Shown: positions 9,946-21,161, counted from the first letter of the stretch. The stretch is DNA of 64,000 nucleotides from an uncultured Actinomycetes bacterium (GCA_963706025.1 CAVPLM010000003.1:32001-96000), one strand, 5' to 3'. Numbers and translations: made by a program. The notes: a model not told the origin generated them from the letters alone.

Positions 9946-11715
9946 CCCGGTCCGTTTCCCGTCCAACACCGAACTGGCTCACGTATTCCAGACTATCGCC
10001 GACTATCTGGCGTTGGATGGGCAGTCCACCTATCGCATCCTGGCCTATGAGAAAGCGGCGACCCTCTTTCGCGACCACCCCGTCCGGGTAGCAGAGATGG
10101 CCGTTCGGGGGGAGCTACGCGAGCTACCCGGCGTGGGCCAGGCGATCGAGGCCAAGGTGCTCGAATACACCGCCACCGGCGACATCGCGTTCTTGCAGGG
10201 ACTGAGGGAACGCTATCCGGAGGGCCTGCTGGAGGTCATGCGCCTGCCGGGCATGGGCCCCAAGAAGACCCGTCTCGTGTGGGAGCTCGCGGGTGTGGGA
10301 GACCTCAGGGACTTGGAGCGGGCCTGCCGCGAAGGACGGATCAGCGGCCTACCAGGCATGGGGGAGAAGACCGAGGCCAAGCTGCTGCGTGCCCTGGAGG
10401 TCTGGACCGCTCGGGCCGCGGGAGGGGCCGAGCCCCGCCGCCTGCGCGCCGTGGTAGAGCCGCAAGCAAGCCGCTTGGTTGACGCGCTGCGCATGTTGCC
10501 GGCCGTCGTCGCCGCCGACTACGCCGGCAGCCTTGCGCCGTCTCCGCGCCACCGTGCGCGACATCGACCTGGTGGTCGCCTCGACCCAACCCGCGGCAGT
10601 GATGGACCACTTCAGCTACTCTGGCCGAACTTGAACAGATCGACGAGCGCGGCGAGACCAAGTTGACCGCCAAGACCCACACCGGTTTGGGTGTCGATCT
10701 CCGGATCGTCCCTCCGGAGTCCTACGGCGATCTTCTGCAACACCTGACCGGCAGCGCCGAGCACAACGTCGCTCTCCGCGGCCACGCTCAGCGCCGAGGA
10801 TACAAGATCAGCGAGTACAACGTGGAGCACCTCGAGTCAGGCCGGCTCATCACCTGCGCCACCGAAGCCGAGGTCTACGGATTGGTGGGCTTGAGCTACA
10901 TCCAGCCCGAACTACGGGAGAACCAGGGGGAGATCGAAGCGGCCGAAAAGGGAGCGCTCCCGGACCTGATTGAGCTCCCGGACCTGCGGGGCGACCTGCA
11001 CGTCCACTCCGACTGGACCGACGGCCGCGCCAGCCTGGAGCAGATGGCTCTGGCCGCCAGGGCGAGGGGCTTGGACTACCTCTGCTTCTGCGACCACTCC
11101 CAGTCCTTGGCCATGACCGGAGGTCTGGGGCCGGAGCGTCTGCTGGCCCAGGGCGAGGTTATCCGAGCCCTCGACGCCCGTCTGGATGGGATCGTTCTCC
11201 TGACCGGCATCGAGGTAGACATCCTAGCCGACGGCCGCCTGGACCTGCCCGATGAGGCCCTGGCCCGGCTGGACTTCGTGACTGCCAGCATCCATTCCGG
11301 GTTCGGCCAGCCGCAGGCGCAGATCATGCAGCGGCTCTTGGGCGCCATGCACAACCCTCATGTGCACTCGATCGCCCACCCGAGCGGCCGCCTTCTGGGG
11401 CGTCGCGACCCCTACCAAGTGGACATAGAGACACTGGCTCGAGCGGCGGCCGAGACCGGCACGCTCCTTGAGATCAACGGTTCCCCCGACCGCCTGGACC
11501 TGACCGCCTTCGCGGCCCGCCGGGCGGCGGCTCTGGGCGCCAAGATGGTCATCTGCAGTGACGCCCACAGCACGAGTGATTTCGACAACCTGGAACGGGC
11601 GGTGGCGGAGGCGCGGCGCGGCTGGCTCACTGCCGCCGACGTGGTCAACACCCGGCTCTGGGATGACGTAAGGTCCTATCCGACCCGATCGACGGAGGGC
11701 CCACGCCGGCCGTGA
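9935..11715 (+). CDS. polX: DNA polymerase X / PHP-domain 3'-5' exonuclease (+1 insertions near 10531 and 10614)
   Basis: HhH motifs LPGVG and LPGMGPK; reconstructed GSLRR...VRDIDL and VDLR acidic triad; TGSAEHN; PHP motifs DLHVHSDWTDG, DHS and SDAH. Confidence 0.92.
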
Positions 11716-11754
11716 TCCGCGGCCTCTAGGCCCCGCGGCCGCTCATGGGACGAG

Positions 11755-12006
11755 TCAGCGCCGTCCCGAAGTGGCCCATCGCCCGCACTCGTCGTGGGAT
11801 TCCTCTCCGGCTACGATCGCTTCCAGGAGCCGTGCCAGCCCGCTTTCGGGCAAGGTGACCACCCAGCAGCCACAGAGCGCCTGCGCCAGTTGGTCGAGAC
11901 GCCTCTCATCGGGGCGGATAGCTGCCGCCATGCAATCGGCCGGCAGCGCGATCGACGCGCCGCAGCCGGGGCATTTCCAGGTCTCAGGAGCACCCGTGGC
12001 CGTCAA
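11755..12006 (-). CDS. Small Cys-rich hypothetical protein
   Basis: WKCPGCG and LCGCW motifs; fills the gap between convergent genes. Confidence 0.35.
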   Translation of the reverse strand: MTATGAPETWKCPGCGASIALPADCMAAAIRPDERRLDQLAQALCGCWVVTLPESGLARLLEAIVAGEESHDECGRWATSGRR

Positions 12007-12134
12007 AGATCAGAACCCTTCCGCACTAGGGGGGAACAAGGAACCGCTACCACGAGTATCGGCGGGGAGCAGCCGTCTCATGAGCGGCTGGGGTGCACCG
12101 GCGCCCGCGACTGAGACGCCTGGCCGATCCAAGG

Positions 12135-13898
12135 CTAACTGCCGCCGAAACAGTAGAAATAGCCGTCCCGGCTACCCAAATAGATCTTGCCCTTCCACAC
12201 AGCGGGCGTGGACTCGAGGGCGCTGCCGGAGGGCACCTTGTACTCCCAGACCACCGGCGGATCGATGCGGGTGTCGCTCACATCCCACGCGTGGAGCACG
12301 CCGTAGGTATCGCCTACGATGAGGGTCTTGTCGACCACCACACAGCTGGCCCACGTGTGCTCGGCGATGGTCTTCCTCCAGACGATCTCGCCGGTCTGCC
12401 GGTCGATGCCTAGAAGCGCGCCACCATGGGTGGGGATGTAGAGCATGCCTTTGTAGATACAGGGTGTGGCCCAGATGCCGTACTCACCTCCCGACACCTT
12501 GGTGATCGCCTGCGACCACACCAGCGGGGTCTGGCCTTCCCCGGTCTTGCGAGGATCGAGCTTGAAGATCTGGCCCACCTGTTTGGAGCGCTCGGTGACC
12601 CCCCTCGAGCTGTCGGAATGCTGGGCGACATAAAGGAAGCCCTCTTCGTCCGCCACGATGGTGGCGTCGGTGTCGTCGCCGGTCCAGTATCTGAAGACCA
12701 CGGGATATGCGTCCTTGCCCTTGGCCGGTGCCTCGCCCTCCGCCAGTTCTTCGAGGGTGACGCTCACGTCGAGGCCGGTGACAAGACCGCCGGAATTCGA
12801 GAAATAGACCCGATCTCCCACCAGGCAGGGCGAGTTCTCCACCGACACATCCTTGCTACCGAGCTTGTCGAGCTCGCTCTGGGTCCAGCTGGGGAAGTCT
12901 AGAACGATCTCGGGATCGACGGTCACCTTGCCGGTGGAATCCTCACCGCGGTTCAGCTTGAGGATGTAGAAGTGGCTGTTCTCGCCGCCCACAAAAGCGT
13001 AATCGTTGCGGATGACTACGCTCGAGTCCCAATCGTCGTTCCAGACCCGGTTCGGCAATTCGTCGGCGTCGAGATTGAAGAGCTCTGTCGGTTTGTCGCG
13101 GTCGATGGCAATGATGCGCCACTTGTTGTCCCTACAGCCCATGTAGATAAGGGGATAGCCGTCAGGGTCGACCACCGCCGTCCCCTTGAAGATGTCGCCG
13201 CCTTTGAAGTCGGGCAGCAGCTTCTCTCCCGTCTCGGCGTCGAGGAAGTGGATCTTGTAGTCGTACGCGCCAAACACCACCCAGGTCGTACCGTCCCGCT
13301 CGAAGATGCAGGGTTGACCGGTCCAACCGGTACCGGTCCAGGTCTTCGTCACCCCCAGATTGGTGGAGGTACCGGACATGGGCCCGAACTTCCACAGGAT
13401 CTGCAGGTTCGACGGCACCGGTCCCTCGCCGTAGTAGGTGCGGGAGCCGTTGCCGCGGAACATGGTCAGTCCCTCGAACTTGGTCTGGATGGGACCATAG
13501 AAGCTACCGGGGACACGGGGGTCGCCCGGTTCGTTGGGGTCGCCCTTGCCGGGTGCGACTGTGGTATTGGGGCTGGCCTTACCGGTGGACACCGAGATGT
13601 CCACCGTACCGGACACGCCGGCCGTGCTGGACGTGGACCCGCTGCTCGAAGTGCCGGTGGTCGAGGTAGTCCCTGTATCGCCTGTGCTCGTGGACGTGCT
13701 CGTGTTGCCGCTCGTCGATGTCTCTGTGGTGGAGGTGATCCCGCCGGCGTCATCGCCACAGCCGCGGACGGCGACCACGACCAGAAGCACCACGACGACC
13801 ACAGAGGCAACGAGCGCGAGCAGGCGCAATATGGAGCGGCGGCGCCGCTGGCGGCGCCGCCGCTCGAGACTATCTCGGTTGGTCCTGCTCGCTTCCAC
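12135..13898 (-). CDS. Membrane-anchored PQQ-like beta-propeller protein with Ser/Thr-rich linker
   Basis: Arg-rich N-terminus, one TM helix, T/S linker, TMFRGNGSR and repeated W-containing propeller blades (ESTPAVWKGKIYLGSRDGYFYC). Confidence 0.85.
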   Translation of the reverse strand: MEASRTNRDSLERRRRQRRRRSILRLLALVASVVVVVLLVVVAVRGCGDDAGGITSTTETSTSGNTSTSTSTGDTGTTSTTGTSSSGSTSSTAGVSGTVDISVSTGKASPNTTVAPGKGDPNEPGDPRVPGSFYGPIQTKFEGLTMFRGNGSRTYYGEGPVPSNLQILWKFGPMSGTSTNLGVTKTWTGTGWTGQPCIFERDGTTWVVFGAYDYKIHFLDAETGEKLLPDFKGGDIFKGTAVVDPDGYPLIYMGCRDNKWRIIAIDRDKPTELFNLDADELPNRVWNDDWDSSVVIRNDYAFVGGENSHFYILKLNRGEDSTGKVTVDPEIVLDFPSWTQSELDKLGSKDVSVENSPCLVGDRVYFSNSGGLVTGLDVSVTLEELAEGEAPAKGKDAYPVVFRYWTGDDTDATIVADEEGFLYVAQHSDSSRGVTERSKQVGQIFKLDPRKTGEGQTPLVWSQAITKVSGGEYGIWATPCIYKGMLYIPTHGGALLGIDRQTGEIVWRKTIAEHTWASCVVVDKTLIVGDTYGVLHAWDVSDTRIDPPVVWEYKVPSGSALESTPAVWKGKIYLGSRDGYFYCFGGS

Positions 13899-13902
13899 GA
13901 GC

Positions 13903-14412
13903 CTACTCTATCACCAGTTCCAGCAGCTCACGGCCGAACACCCCGGTGGTGTTGTCGGTGAACGCCGCCCGTCGCGGCTCCACTCGATACACGCCTATGC
14001 TCCGGGTCACCTCCGCCAGCCCCGGCCGGCGCAGCAGTTCACGCACGAAGGGAAAGCGTCTCAGGTATACCGCCAGGGCCGCGGCTTTGGCGGCCCCAGT
14101 CAGCAGCCGAGCCTCGCCCCACAGCTGAACTCCCTGGATCGCCTCCCAGTCTCGGTAGTCCTCGCTGACCGTCACTGCCACAGGCGCCGCCTTCCCGATG
14201 TGCGATCCGTGGAGGCTCGCCGGTTTGCTGAGAAACACCAGTCGGAACGAGTCGTCCATGGCATAGAAGACGCTGGCGGCGTGGGGCGCGTTCCCCGGTG
14301 TCCCCGGTGCCGCGGGGCCCACGGTGGCGATGGTCATGGTGTGATGCGCTTTCAGATAGCGCTGCACCCGGCCGCGCAGATCGTCCCCGCCGGCAGATCC
14401 GTCCCCCGGCAC
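13903..14412 (-). CDS. Pyridoxamine 5'-phosphate oxidase-like FMN-binding split-barrel protein (UPF0306/YhbP-like)
   Basis: HTMTIAT, PHAASVFY, FLSKPASLH, IQGVQLWG, DNTTGVFGR. Confidence 0.8.
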   Translation of the reverse strand: MPGDGSAGGDDLRGRVQRYLKAHHTMTIATVGPAAPGTPGNAPHAASVFYAMDDSFRLVFLSKPASLHGSHIGKAAPVAVTVSEDYRDWEAIQGVQLWGEARLLTGAAKAAALAVYLRRFPFVRELLRRPGLAEVTRSIGVYRVEPRRAAFTDNTTGVFGRELLELVIE

Positions 14413-14415
14413 CGA

Positions 14416-15057
14416 TCACCCACTGGGCGGATCGTCTGTGCCCCGTCCCTCAGGCGGCGCGCCCGCCGGCCCACAGAACCTCCGGCCACTCGGCCAACGC
14501 TTGAACAGGTGGCACTCCACCCCGAACTGGTCGAGCATCTTGCCCACGGTCTGGTCGACGATGTCGGCGATGGTCTCCGGCTGATGATAGAAACTGGGTA
14601 CTGGGGGAAGGACCACGGCCCCGTTCTCGGTCACCGCGGCCATCAGGCGCAGATGGCCCAGATGTAGCGGGGTCTCCCGTACTACCAGCACCAGTTTGCG
14701 TCGCTCCTTCAGCACCACGTCGGCGGCACGCACCAGCAGAGTGTCGTTGTAACTGTTGCCGATGGCCGACAGGCTCTTGATGGAGCAGGGAGCCACGATC
14801 ATCCCAATCGTGAGGAAGGAGCCCGAAGAGATCGGAGCGTCGATCTCATCGTTCGCGTACACCGCGTCGGCAAGTGCTTCCACCTGCGCGCGGGTGAATC
14901 CGGTCTCGGACTCGGCCACCCGTTGGGCCGCCTCACTCATGACCAGATGGGTCTCGATGGGCGTATCCCGGAGCACTTCGAGCAGGCGGATCCCGTAGAT
15001 CGTCCCCGAGGCTCCGGAGATGCCCACGACCAGACGCCTATTCTCGCCGTTGCTCAC
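14416..15057 (-). CDS. ubiX: Flavin prenyltransferase
   Basis: VGISGASGTIYG, SSGSF, PCSIKSL, RAADVVLKERRKLVLVVRETPL, PPVPSFY. Confidence 0.96.
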   Translation of the reverse strand: MSNGENRRLVVGISGASGTIYGIRLLEVLRDTPIETHLVMSEAAQRVAESETGFTRAQVEALADAVYANDEIDAPISSGSFLTIGMIVAPCSIKSLSAIGNSYNDTLLVRAADVVLKERRKLVLVVRETPLHLGHLRLMAAVTENGAVVLPPVPSFYHQPETIADIVDQTVGKMLDQFGVECHLFKRWPSGRRFCGPAGAPPEGRGTDDPPSG

Positions 15058-15059
15058 GA

Positions 15060-15335
15060 CTATCCTCCTGCGATGGGGGGAAGGAGCCGGATCTCGTCAC
15101 CGTCGGTCAACGGCGCAGCCAGTCCGCCGGCCTGGCGCGCATTGCGCCCGTTCACGAACACGCCCACCCACACGCTTCCGTCATCGCGGAAGATGCGGGT
15201 CTTAAGTCGAGGCAGCCGGGCGACGCAGTCGGCAAGAGCCTCGGCCACCGTCGTCCCTTCGCACTCCATCCGCGCAGGGCCATCGGCGCCGACGATTCCC
15301 ACCGGCAGTCTGATGAGCGCTTTGGCCACGACCAC
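15060..15335 (-). CDS. MoaD/ThiS-family sulfur carrier
   Basis: Ubiquitin-like 91 aa with VFVNG and C-terminal LPPIAGG. Confidence 0.9.
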   Translation of the reverse strand: MVVAKALIRLPVGIVGADGPARMECEGTTVAEALADCVARLPRLKTRIFRDDGSVWVGVFVNGRNARQAGGLAAPLTDGDEIRLLPPIAGG

Positions 15336-15338
15336 CTC

Positions 15339-15815
15339 TCACACCGGCGCCGGGAGTTTCTCGATCTTGCTCATGCGCACATCCACAGCCAAGACGTGCG
15401 GATTCTGGCAGAAAGCCACGCACTGGGGCGTTCCGTCACACAGGTCGCACTTGTAGGCGACGGCCCGGTCGGGGTGCTCGCGTATGACGTCGTAGGGGCA
15501 GGCCTCGTAGCACAAGCCGCAGTTGGTGCACTTCTCCTCGTTGACCTTCAGCACGTAGCCCACGGCCGGGTCGAGCCCGATGGCGTGCACTTCAATCGGA
15601 TGCCGCTCGATGGCATCTTCGGGACAGGCGTCGGCGCACTTTGCACAGGCGGTCTGCAGGCAGGTGTGCCCTTTGACGACGATGGTCGTCGGATTGACCT
15701 CGGCAAACAGCCGGGCGACCGAGGGACGATAGGCGCCTTCGTGCCAAGCCGAACAGGCCAACTCGCACATGTGGCAGCCGGTACACTTCTTGTTGCTGAT
15801 CATAACGTGTGGCAT
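15339..15815 (-). CDS. Multi-[4Fe-4S] electron-transfer subunit of the aldehyde oxidoreductase
   Basis: CTGCHMCELAC, CLQTACAKCADACP, CTNCGLCYEACP, KCDLC...CVAFC; ATG 15815 after AAAGGGA. Confidence 0.9.
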   Translation of the reverse strand: MPHVMISNKKCTGCHMCELACSAWHEGAYRPSVARLFAEVNPTTIVVKGHTCLQTACAKCADACPEDAIERHPIEVHAIGLDPAVGYVLKVNEEKCTNCGLCYEACPYDVIREHPDRAVAYKCDLCDGTPQCVAFCQNPHVLAVDVRMSKIEKLPAPV

Positions 15816-15843
15816 CGATGTCCCTTTCTGCGGCGCGCGCCGT

Positions 15844-17646
15844 CTACAGACGGACGTCCACTCCCACCTCGGCCAGCTTGGCCTCCGTGGGCACCCCGTT
15901 TTCGTCCCAGCCGCGAAGCTCATAGTACTCCTGGAGGGCGTCGACAAAAGCCTGCTCGCCGACAGCCTTGCCGGCCGACGGCCCCTCCGCGAACGCGAAC
16001 TCGGGCGCATAGAGCTTCCGGGGCAAGGTGTCGGCCTCCACGCCCTCGCGCAGATTGAACAGACGTCCCAAGTTCCAGATGCGCTCGCCCGTGAGCATGA
16101 TCTCGTCCTCGGTGAAGTCCCGTTTCCAGACATGCTTGAGCATCTGGCACAACTGGTCGGGATTGACCGCCCAGAAGTCGCACCATATGCCGCTGAACTT
16201 GATGGAGCTGAAGTTCTGCCCAATGAAGCCGTTGTCCACATTGCCTTTGATTATCTGCTCGGCCTTGCCTTCGAGACTGTCCGGCGGGCGAGTGCCTTCG
16301 ACCACCTCGTCGGCGATGGGATAGGACCTCATGTGGCAGCCACCCCGGTCGGAAGTGGCATAGTTGACGCTCATGCCAAAGGCTCCCCTGGGGTCATAGC
16401 CGGGCAGTTCGAGATTCTTGACCTCCATGGCCATCTCGGGCACGCCGTATTTGGCGGCCAGAGCCCGGGCCCCCAGGGCAAGTTCGGCACCTGCGCCCTC
16501 GCGCTTCGCGATCAGGCCCGGCGCTACCAGGTAACCCTCCGCTTCCCCGAAGCGAAGACCAAAATCGGCGACGCCCTTCTCGGTCATGTCCATGGCCAGG
16601 CCCACGACGGACCCCGACGAGATGGTGTCGAGGCCCCACTCGTCACACTCGTGGTTGAAGCGCATCAGCGCCTCGATATCGCCCACACCGCAATTCGCCC
16701 CACAAAGGGCGATGGTCTCGTACTCCGGTCCCTCGGTCTTCAGCCCACCGGCCTCGTGCACCTGGCGGCAGCCGAGAGCGCATTGGTAGCAGGCCCGGTT
16801 GGCCACTTTGACCTTCAACATAGCCTCCGAATTGATGCCTTCCACGCCTTCGAAGGTCCCTTGAGACCAGTTGCGGGTGGGAAGCACTCCGGCGCCGTTC
16901 ATCGGATCCACCAGGATGGGGGTCCCTTCCTCGTTCGCCCAGAGGTTGAAATCGGTGAGGACGTGCTCCTTGTGGATGCGGGCGATGTCGGCCAGGAACG
17001 CCCGGGCGTCGCCCACCGCGACCGAGCCGGTGCCCCGGATGGCGACGGCCTTGAGGTTCTTGGAGCCGAAGAGGGCGCCGTGCCCGCCGCGGCCGGCCTT
17101 GTGATACTGGTCGGTGCTCAAGCACGCCCAAGGTATGAGGTTCTCTCCGGCCGGCCCGATGGAAAGCACCTTGGCGTCCTTGTCGAGATCGGCGCGCAGT
17201 GCCGCTTCGATCGCGGAGGTCTTCAGACCCCAATACTTCCGCTCGGCCGGGATCAACTTGATCTTGTCGTCCTTGATCCACAGCACGACAGGCTCCGGGG
17301 CCTTGCCGGTGATGATGATCAGATCGTAGCCGGCGAACTTCATCTCCGGAGCGAACGAACCCCCAACATAGCTGTCGTCCAGGATGCCGGTGATGGGGCT
17401 CTTGGCTCCCACCACCAGCCGCGACGCTGTGCTCACGTTGGTCCCGGCGAAGGGTCCGGTTACGAGAAAGACCGGGTTCTCCGGCGACCAGGGATCGACC
17501 TTGGGTGGCACGTATTCCCACATGTAGCGCAGCAAGAGGCCTTTCCCACCGACGTAGCGCTCGGCCCACTCCATGTTGAGAGGCTCGACCGCGCTCATTC
17601 CGGTGCCCAGATCGATCCGCAGCACCTTTCCTTGATAGAAGTCCAA
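15844..17646 (-). CDS. aor: Tungsten-type aldehyde:ferredoxin oxidoreductase catalytic subunit
   Basis: KSPITG, IGPAGEN, AGRGGHGALFGSKNLKA, CYQCALGC, GPEYET, GLDTIS, GYDPR, RGGCH, RGWDENGVP. Confidence 0.95.
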   Translation of the reverse strand: MDFYQGKVLRIDLGTGMSAVEPLNMEWAERYVGGKGLLLRYMWEYVPPKVDPWSPENPVFLVTGPFAGTNVSTASRLVVGAKSPITGILDDSYVGGSFAPEMKFAGYDLIIITGKAPEPVVLWIKDDKIKLIPAERKYWGLKTSAIEAALRADLDKDAKVLSIGPAGENLIPWACLSTDQYHKAGRGGHGALFGSKNLKAVAIRGTGSVAVGDARAFLADIARIHKEHVLTDFNLWANEEGTPILVDPMNGAGVLPTRNWSQGTFEGVEGINSEAMLKVKVANRACYQCALGCRQVHEAGGLKTEGPEYETIALCGANCGVGDIEALMRFNHECDEWGLDTISSGSVVGLAMDMTEKGVADFGLRFGEAEGYLVAPGLIAKREGAGAELALGARALAAKYGVPEMAMEVKNLELPGYDPRGAFGMSVNYATSDRGGCHMRSYPIADEVVEGTRPPDSLEGKAEQIIKGNVDNGFIGQNFSSIKFSGIWCDFWAVNPDQLCQMLKHVWKRDFTEDEIMLTGERIWNLGRLFNLREGVEADTLPRKLYAPEFAFAEGPSAGKAVGEQAFVDALQEYYELRGWDENGVPTEAKLAEVGVDVRL

Positions 17647-17768
17647 AGCAGCCCCCTTGATGACGGGATAGACTCAGCGCGGCAGCCGCTCGCGGCTCGT
17701 CCCCGCACGCACCACCATTGTAGACAAGGGCCGCAGACCCGACAACAGACGCTTCTTCACGGCGCGGG

Positions 17769-20238
17769 CTACCTTCCAGCCGCGTCGAGCGATTTGAGCA
17801 ACTGGCCCGTGCGGCCCGCGACCACACCGAGTCCCGTGTTGTTCAGATGCACTCGGTCGGGGCTGAAGAACCTCGGATCGAGTTCGCAACCCTGCAGCCC
17901 TATGAATCGGTCGGCGCCCACATCGACGATCGCGTCGGCGAACCCAGGCCATGTTGCCCGTATCAGTCTGTTGAGCGTCTGCCGGTCGGCTTCGAGATTC
18001 GGAGGATAGACTCCGTCTGATCGAGGGAGCGTGGTCAGCACCACCACCGTGTATCCGGCCGCTCTTCGCCCCAAACAGTATTCCCTCAGCCGCGAATAGA
18101 CCGTCCCTGGGGTGTGGGCCCAGTGCCGCATGTCGTTGGTCCCGCCCCACACGACGACCACGTTCTGCCCCAGATCGGACCGGTATAGCGGATCCACTTT
18201 GGATGGAGCGTTGGCGAGCATGTCCTGTAGCCTCTGCCCCCCGATGCCGAGATTCACCCACTTCACGCCGGGACGGAACCTGCGCATCAACTGACTGGGG
18301 TAGGGATCCGTGGCGGTGGAGCCCGCGGTCAGCGAATCCCCGTCGAAGACGATGTTGCCGATGGGTTCGATGGTCGGTACGTGCGGCACGGCCCCGCTGC
18401 TCGAGCCGCCCGCGGCTCCCGAGGGGCCGGTCGGGAAATCCGAATCGTAGAGGGGACCGCGAACACGTAGCAAGTTGGCCAGTAGCTGGGCTATCTCGCC
18501 ACGGGTCGCCGGCGCCAGGAGATCCCAGCCCGATAGGTCGATTCCGTCGAGGAGGCCATTGTATTCGGCCGTATGCGCGTTGGCTCCATGATCGGGATCG
18601 GAGAACCCGCTCGTTCCACCGGTCCAGTCGGCTGGGGGTGAGGCGAGAGCCCAGGGGAGATAGACTCCGGCGGCGCGGACCACCAGAGTGACGGCCTGCG
18701 CCCGGCTGATCGAGGCCCAAGGCCGGAACAACCCCTCGCGATAGCCCTGGACGAGCCCGTAGTGATACGCAGCCGACACGTACTCCCGAGGATAGAGAGG
18801 AGATACGTCCTGTCCCAGATCGAGGAATGGAGCCGGCAGTATTCCCGGGTAGACCGGCATGCCCAGTGTCCCATCCAACATTTTGGCCATCTGTGCCCGC
18901 CGGACCGGCTCACCCGGGCGGAAGGTGCCATCGGCGAACCCGCCGATGATCTGCTTCGTCCACAGACAGGCAACTGCTTCATAGTAGAGGTCGCCGCGCT
19001 CAAGGTCGGAGAACGGTGACCGGGTGGGGAAAGAGGCGTTCCAGCCGAAAGACGAGGCAAGCAGGGCCAGCTCCGGCCCGGCCCTGCCGCCCATATCGAC
19101 GACCCGAAAGATATCGCTTCGCCCCCCGCCCATCGGCACCAATTCGACATAGGGCACGTCCCCGCCATCCCCTCCGTAACACCAGCGATAATCGAAAGCC
19201 TCGTTGTTGGTCACGTCCAGAAGGTCCTCGATCGCACGGTCCGTCATTTTCACGAGGTGGACCGCGTCGCCACTCCCGTCCACCCTGGCTAGGAGGAAGC
19301 CTTGGCCGCCCGGCCCAGCTTGAGGCGCCCAGCCGTTCGGTATGGACACCTGGGATTCCCTGCCCGTATCGAGGGCGTAGACGTAGAAGCCTCGATTGGC
19401 GGGAAAGGACTCGGCATTCCTGTCGAATGCGATAGACAGACCGGTCACCGAGCTGAATACTCACCTCGGAGCCGGAGGCCGTTTCGGAGCCGGAGGCCGT
19501 TTCGGAGCCGGACCCGACCTCAGGGCTGTAGATCGGCTCAGAGCCGGCCGACGCGTTGAACTCGCTCGCGACCCAGCATCCGTTGCCGGCCCCTTTGATG
19601 GACAAGACCGGCTCACCCGCGGCGTCGACGACGTTGAGCGAGGCCGCGCCACTTCCCCGCGTTTCATAGAGAACGTAGCGCCCGTCGGGGGATACGGCCG
19701 GCGACGACGCGTCCTCGATCCTCCACGCGACCCGCTCCTCGCCCGCGCCTGCAGGTGGTCCGTCAAAGACCACCGTTGTGCGCTGGTCGCCGTCCACCAG
19801 CTCCCGCTCTTCCCACGCCAAGGCGCCACCATCGAGAGACCACGCCGGATGACCAAGGGCCTTGCCTTGGGCGGGCACGACCATCGCGACGCCCACTGAC
19901 TCCTCGTAGCGCCAGATGTCGCCGAGGTGGACGAAGTACAGGACGCGGGCCGGCGCGCCGCTGCCGGCCCGCGCCTGGGCGGCACCGGGCGCGTCTTCGG
20001 CGGCCGCGGGGGTGGCAGAAACCGCCCACAGGCCGGCCAGTACAAGCAGGAAGACCAGGAGCCGAAGCAGCGCCCAGCGTGCAGAGCATGGGCGCCCATT
20101 CGTTTCCGTGGACGACCCACGCAGGCGGCCCCGCCCTCGGGTCCTGCGCCGCTCCCGCGAGCTTGCACGGCTGCACGTGCCCCCGTCACGCGTGCTGCGC
20201 CGCTCCCGCGCCTCGGCGATCGACCCGACCACCTTCAT
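17769..20238 (-). CDS. Secreted S-layer-homology protein with TolB-like N-terminal repeats and C-terminal SGNH/GDSL hydrolase (+1 insertion near 19455; start uncertain)
   Basis: Signal-peptide-like LLVFLLVLAGLWAVSATPAAA; PAWSLDG and PAVSPDG repeats; SLH motifs GFADGTFRPGEPVRRAQ and GYREGLFRPWASISRAQ; SGNH blocks GDSLT, G, GTND and DRVH. Confidence 0.8.
19467..19511. repeat. 18-bp coding tandem repeat (GSETAS units)
   Basis: CGGAGCCGGAGGCCGTTT about 2.5 copies. Confidence 0.8.
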
Positions 20239-20352
20239 GCTTCTTCCAGCTTCCTCAAAGATCCACGCCCCCACGCGCCCGTCGTATCGCTACTTGTCCC
20301 TGGCCGACGATATCGTATGATGGCGAAAAAGACCGAGAGGTTTCAGGTGAAC

Positions 20353-21036
20353 ATGGCAAAAGGAACAGGGGCGACAGCGAAGGAGTCCGGAGCCGCTCAC
20401 GCCCGAGAGATCATCGCCCGCTTGAGAGAAGAGTATCCCGACGCCGGTATCGTGCTCGATTACGGCAGTGATTGGGAGTTGCTCGTGGCCGTCATCCTCT
20501 CCGCCCAGTGCACGGACAAGATGGTCAATCAGGTCACAGCCAAGCTCTTTCAGAAGTACCGCACCATCGAGGACTACGCCTCCGCCGAACCGGCTGAATT
20601 CGAGATCGACATCCGGCCCACGGGCTTCTTCCGCAACAAGACGAAGCACATCATCGCCGCGGCGCAGAAGGTCCTGAGCGACTTCCAGGGAGAGGTACCC
20701 GCCAGCATGGCCGAACTCCTGACTCTGCCGGGGGTCGCGCGAAAGACCGCCAACATCGTGCTGGGCAACGCCCACCCGGACGCCTATTCCACTGATCCCG
20801 ACGCGGGCATCGCCGTGGACACGCACGTGAACCGACTCAGCCAGAGGCTCGGCCTGGCGACATCTTCCGACTCCGACAAGATCGAGAGGGAGTTGATGGT
20901 TATCGTCCCCCGAGCCGATTGGTTCCGGCTGACCTACCTGCTGATCGAGCACGGTCGCGCCGTCTGTATGGCCAAGCGCCCCCGCTGCGGGGAGTGCCTG
21001 CTGCAGGACATCTGCCTTTCGGCGTTCAAGGTCTGA
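20353..21036 (+). CDS. nth: Endonuclease III
   Basis: [13 protein letters not shown], Hh[20 protein letters not shown] and FCL motif [17 protein letters not shown]. Confidence 0.95.
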   Translation: MAKGTGATAKESGAAHAREIIARLREEYPDAGIVLDYGSDWELLVAVILSAQCTDKMVNQVTAKLFQKYRTIEDYASAEPAEFEIDIRPTGFFRNKTKHIIAAAQKVLSDFQGEVPASMAELLTLPGVARKTANIVLGNAHPDAYSTDPDAGIAVDTHVNRLSQRLGLATSSDSDKIERELMVIVPRADWFRLTYLLIEHGRAVCMAKRPRCGECLLQDICLSAFKV

Positions 21037-21161
21037 CCCGCCGGGCGGTTGACGCTTCCGGTCCTCGCCTATACCATCGCACAGTCGATCTACGGCCCTA
21101 CGTACCGGCCCCAGGGTCGGACGGGGGACAGGTGAGCCGCGCTACGCAAGGGGAACAACGC

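Noticed and set aside
7487-11715. Programmed frameshifting or pseudogenisation of rlmKL and polX
   Set aside because: No slippery sequences, catalytic motifs intact, and the same +1 error pattern occurs across the window.
15769-18009. 746-aa plus-strand ORF, and similar long ORFs at 39479-41353, 42429-43895 and 62264-63484
   Set aside because: Antisense shadows of real genes in GC-rich DNA, with no recognisable motifs.
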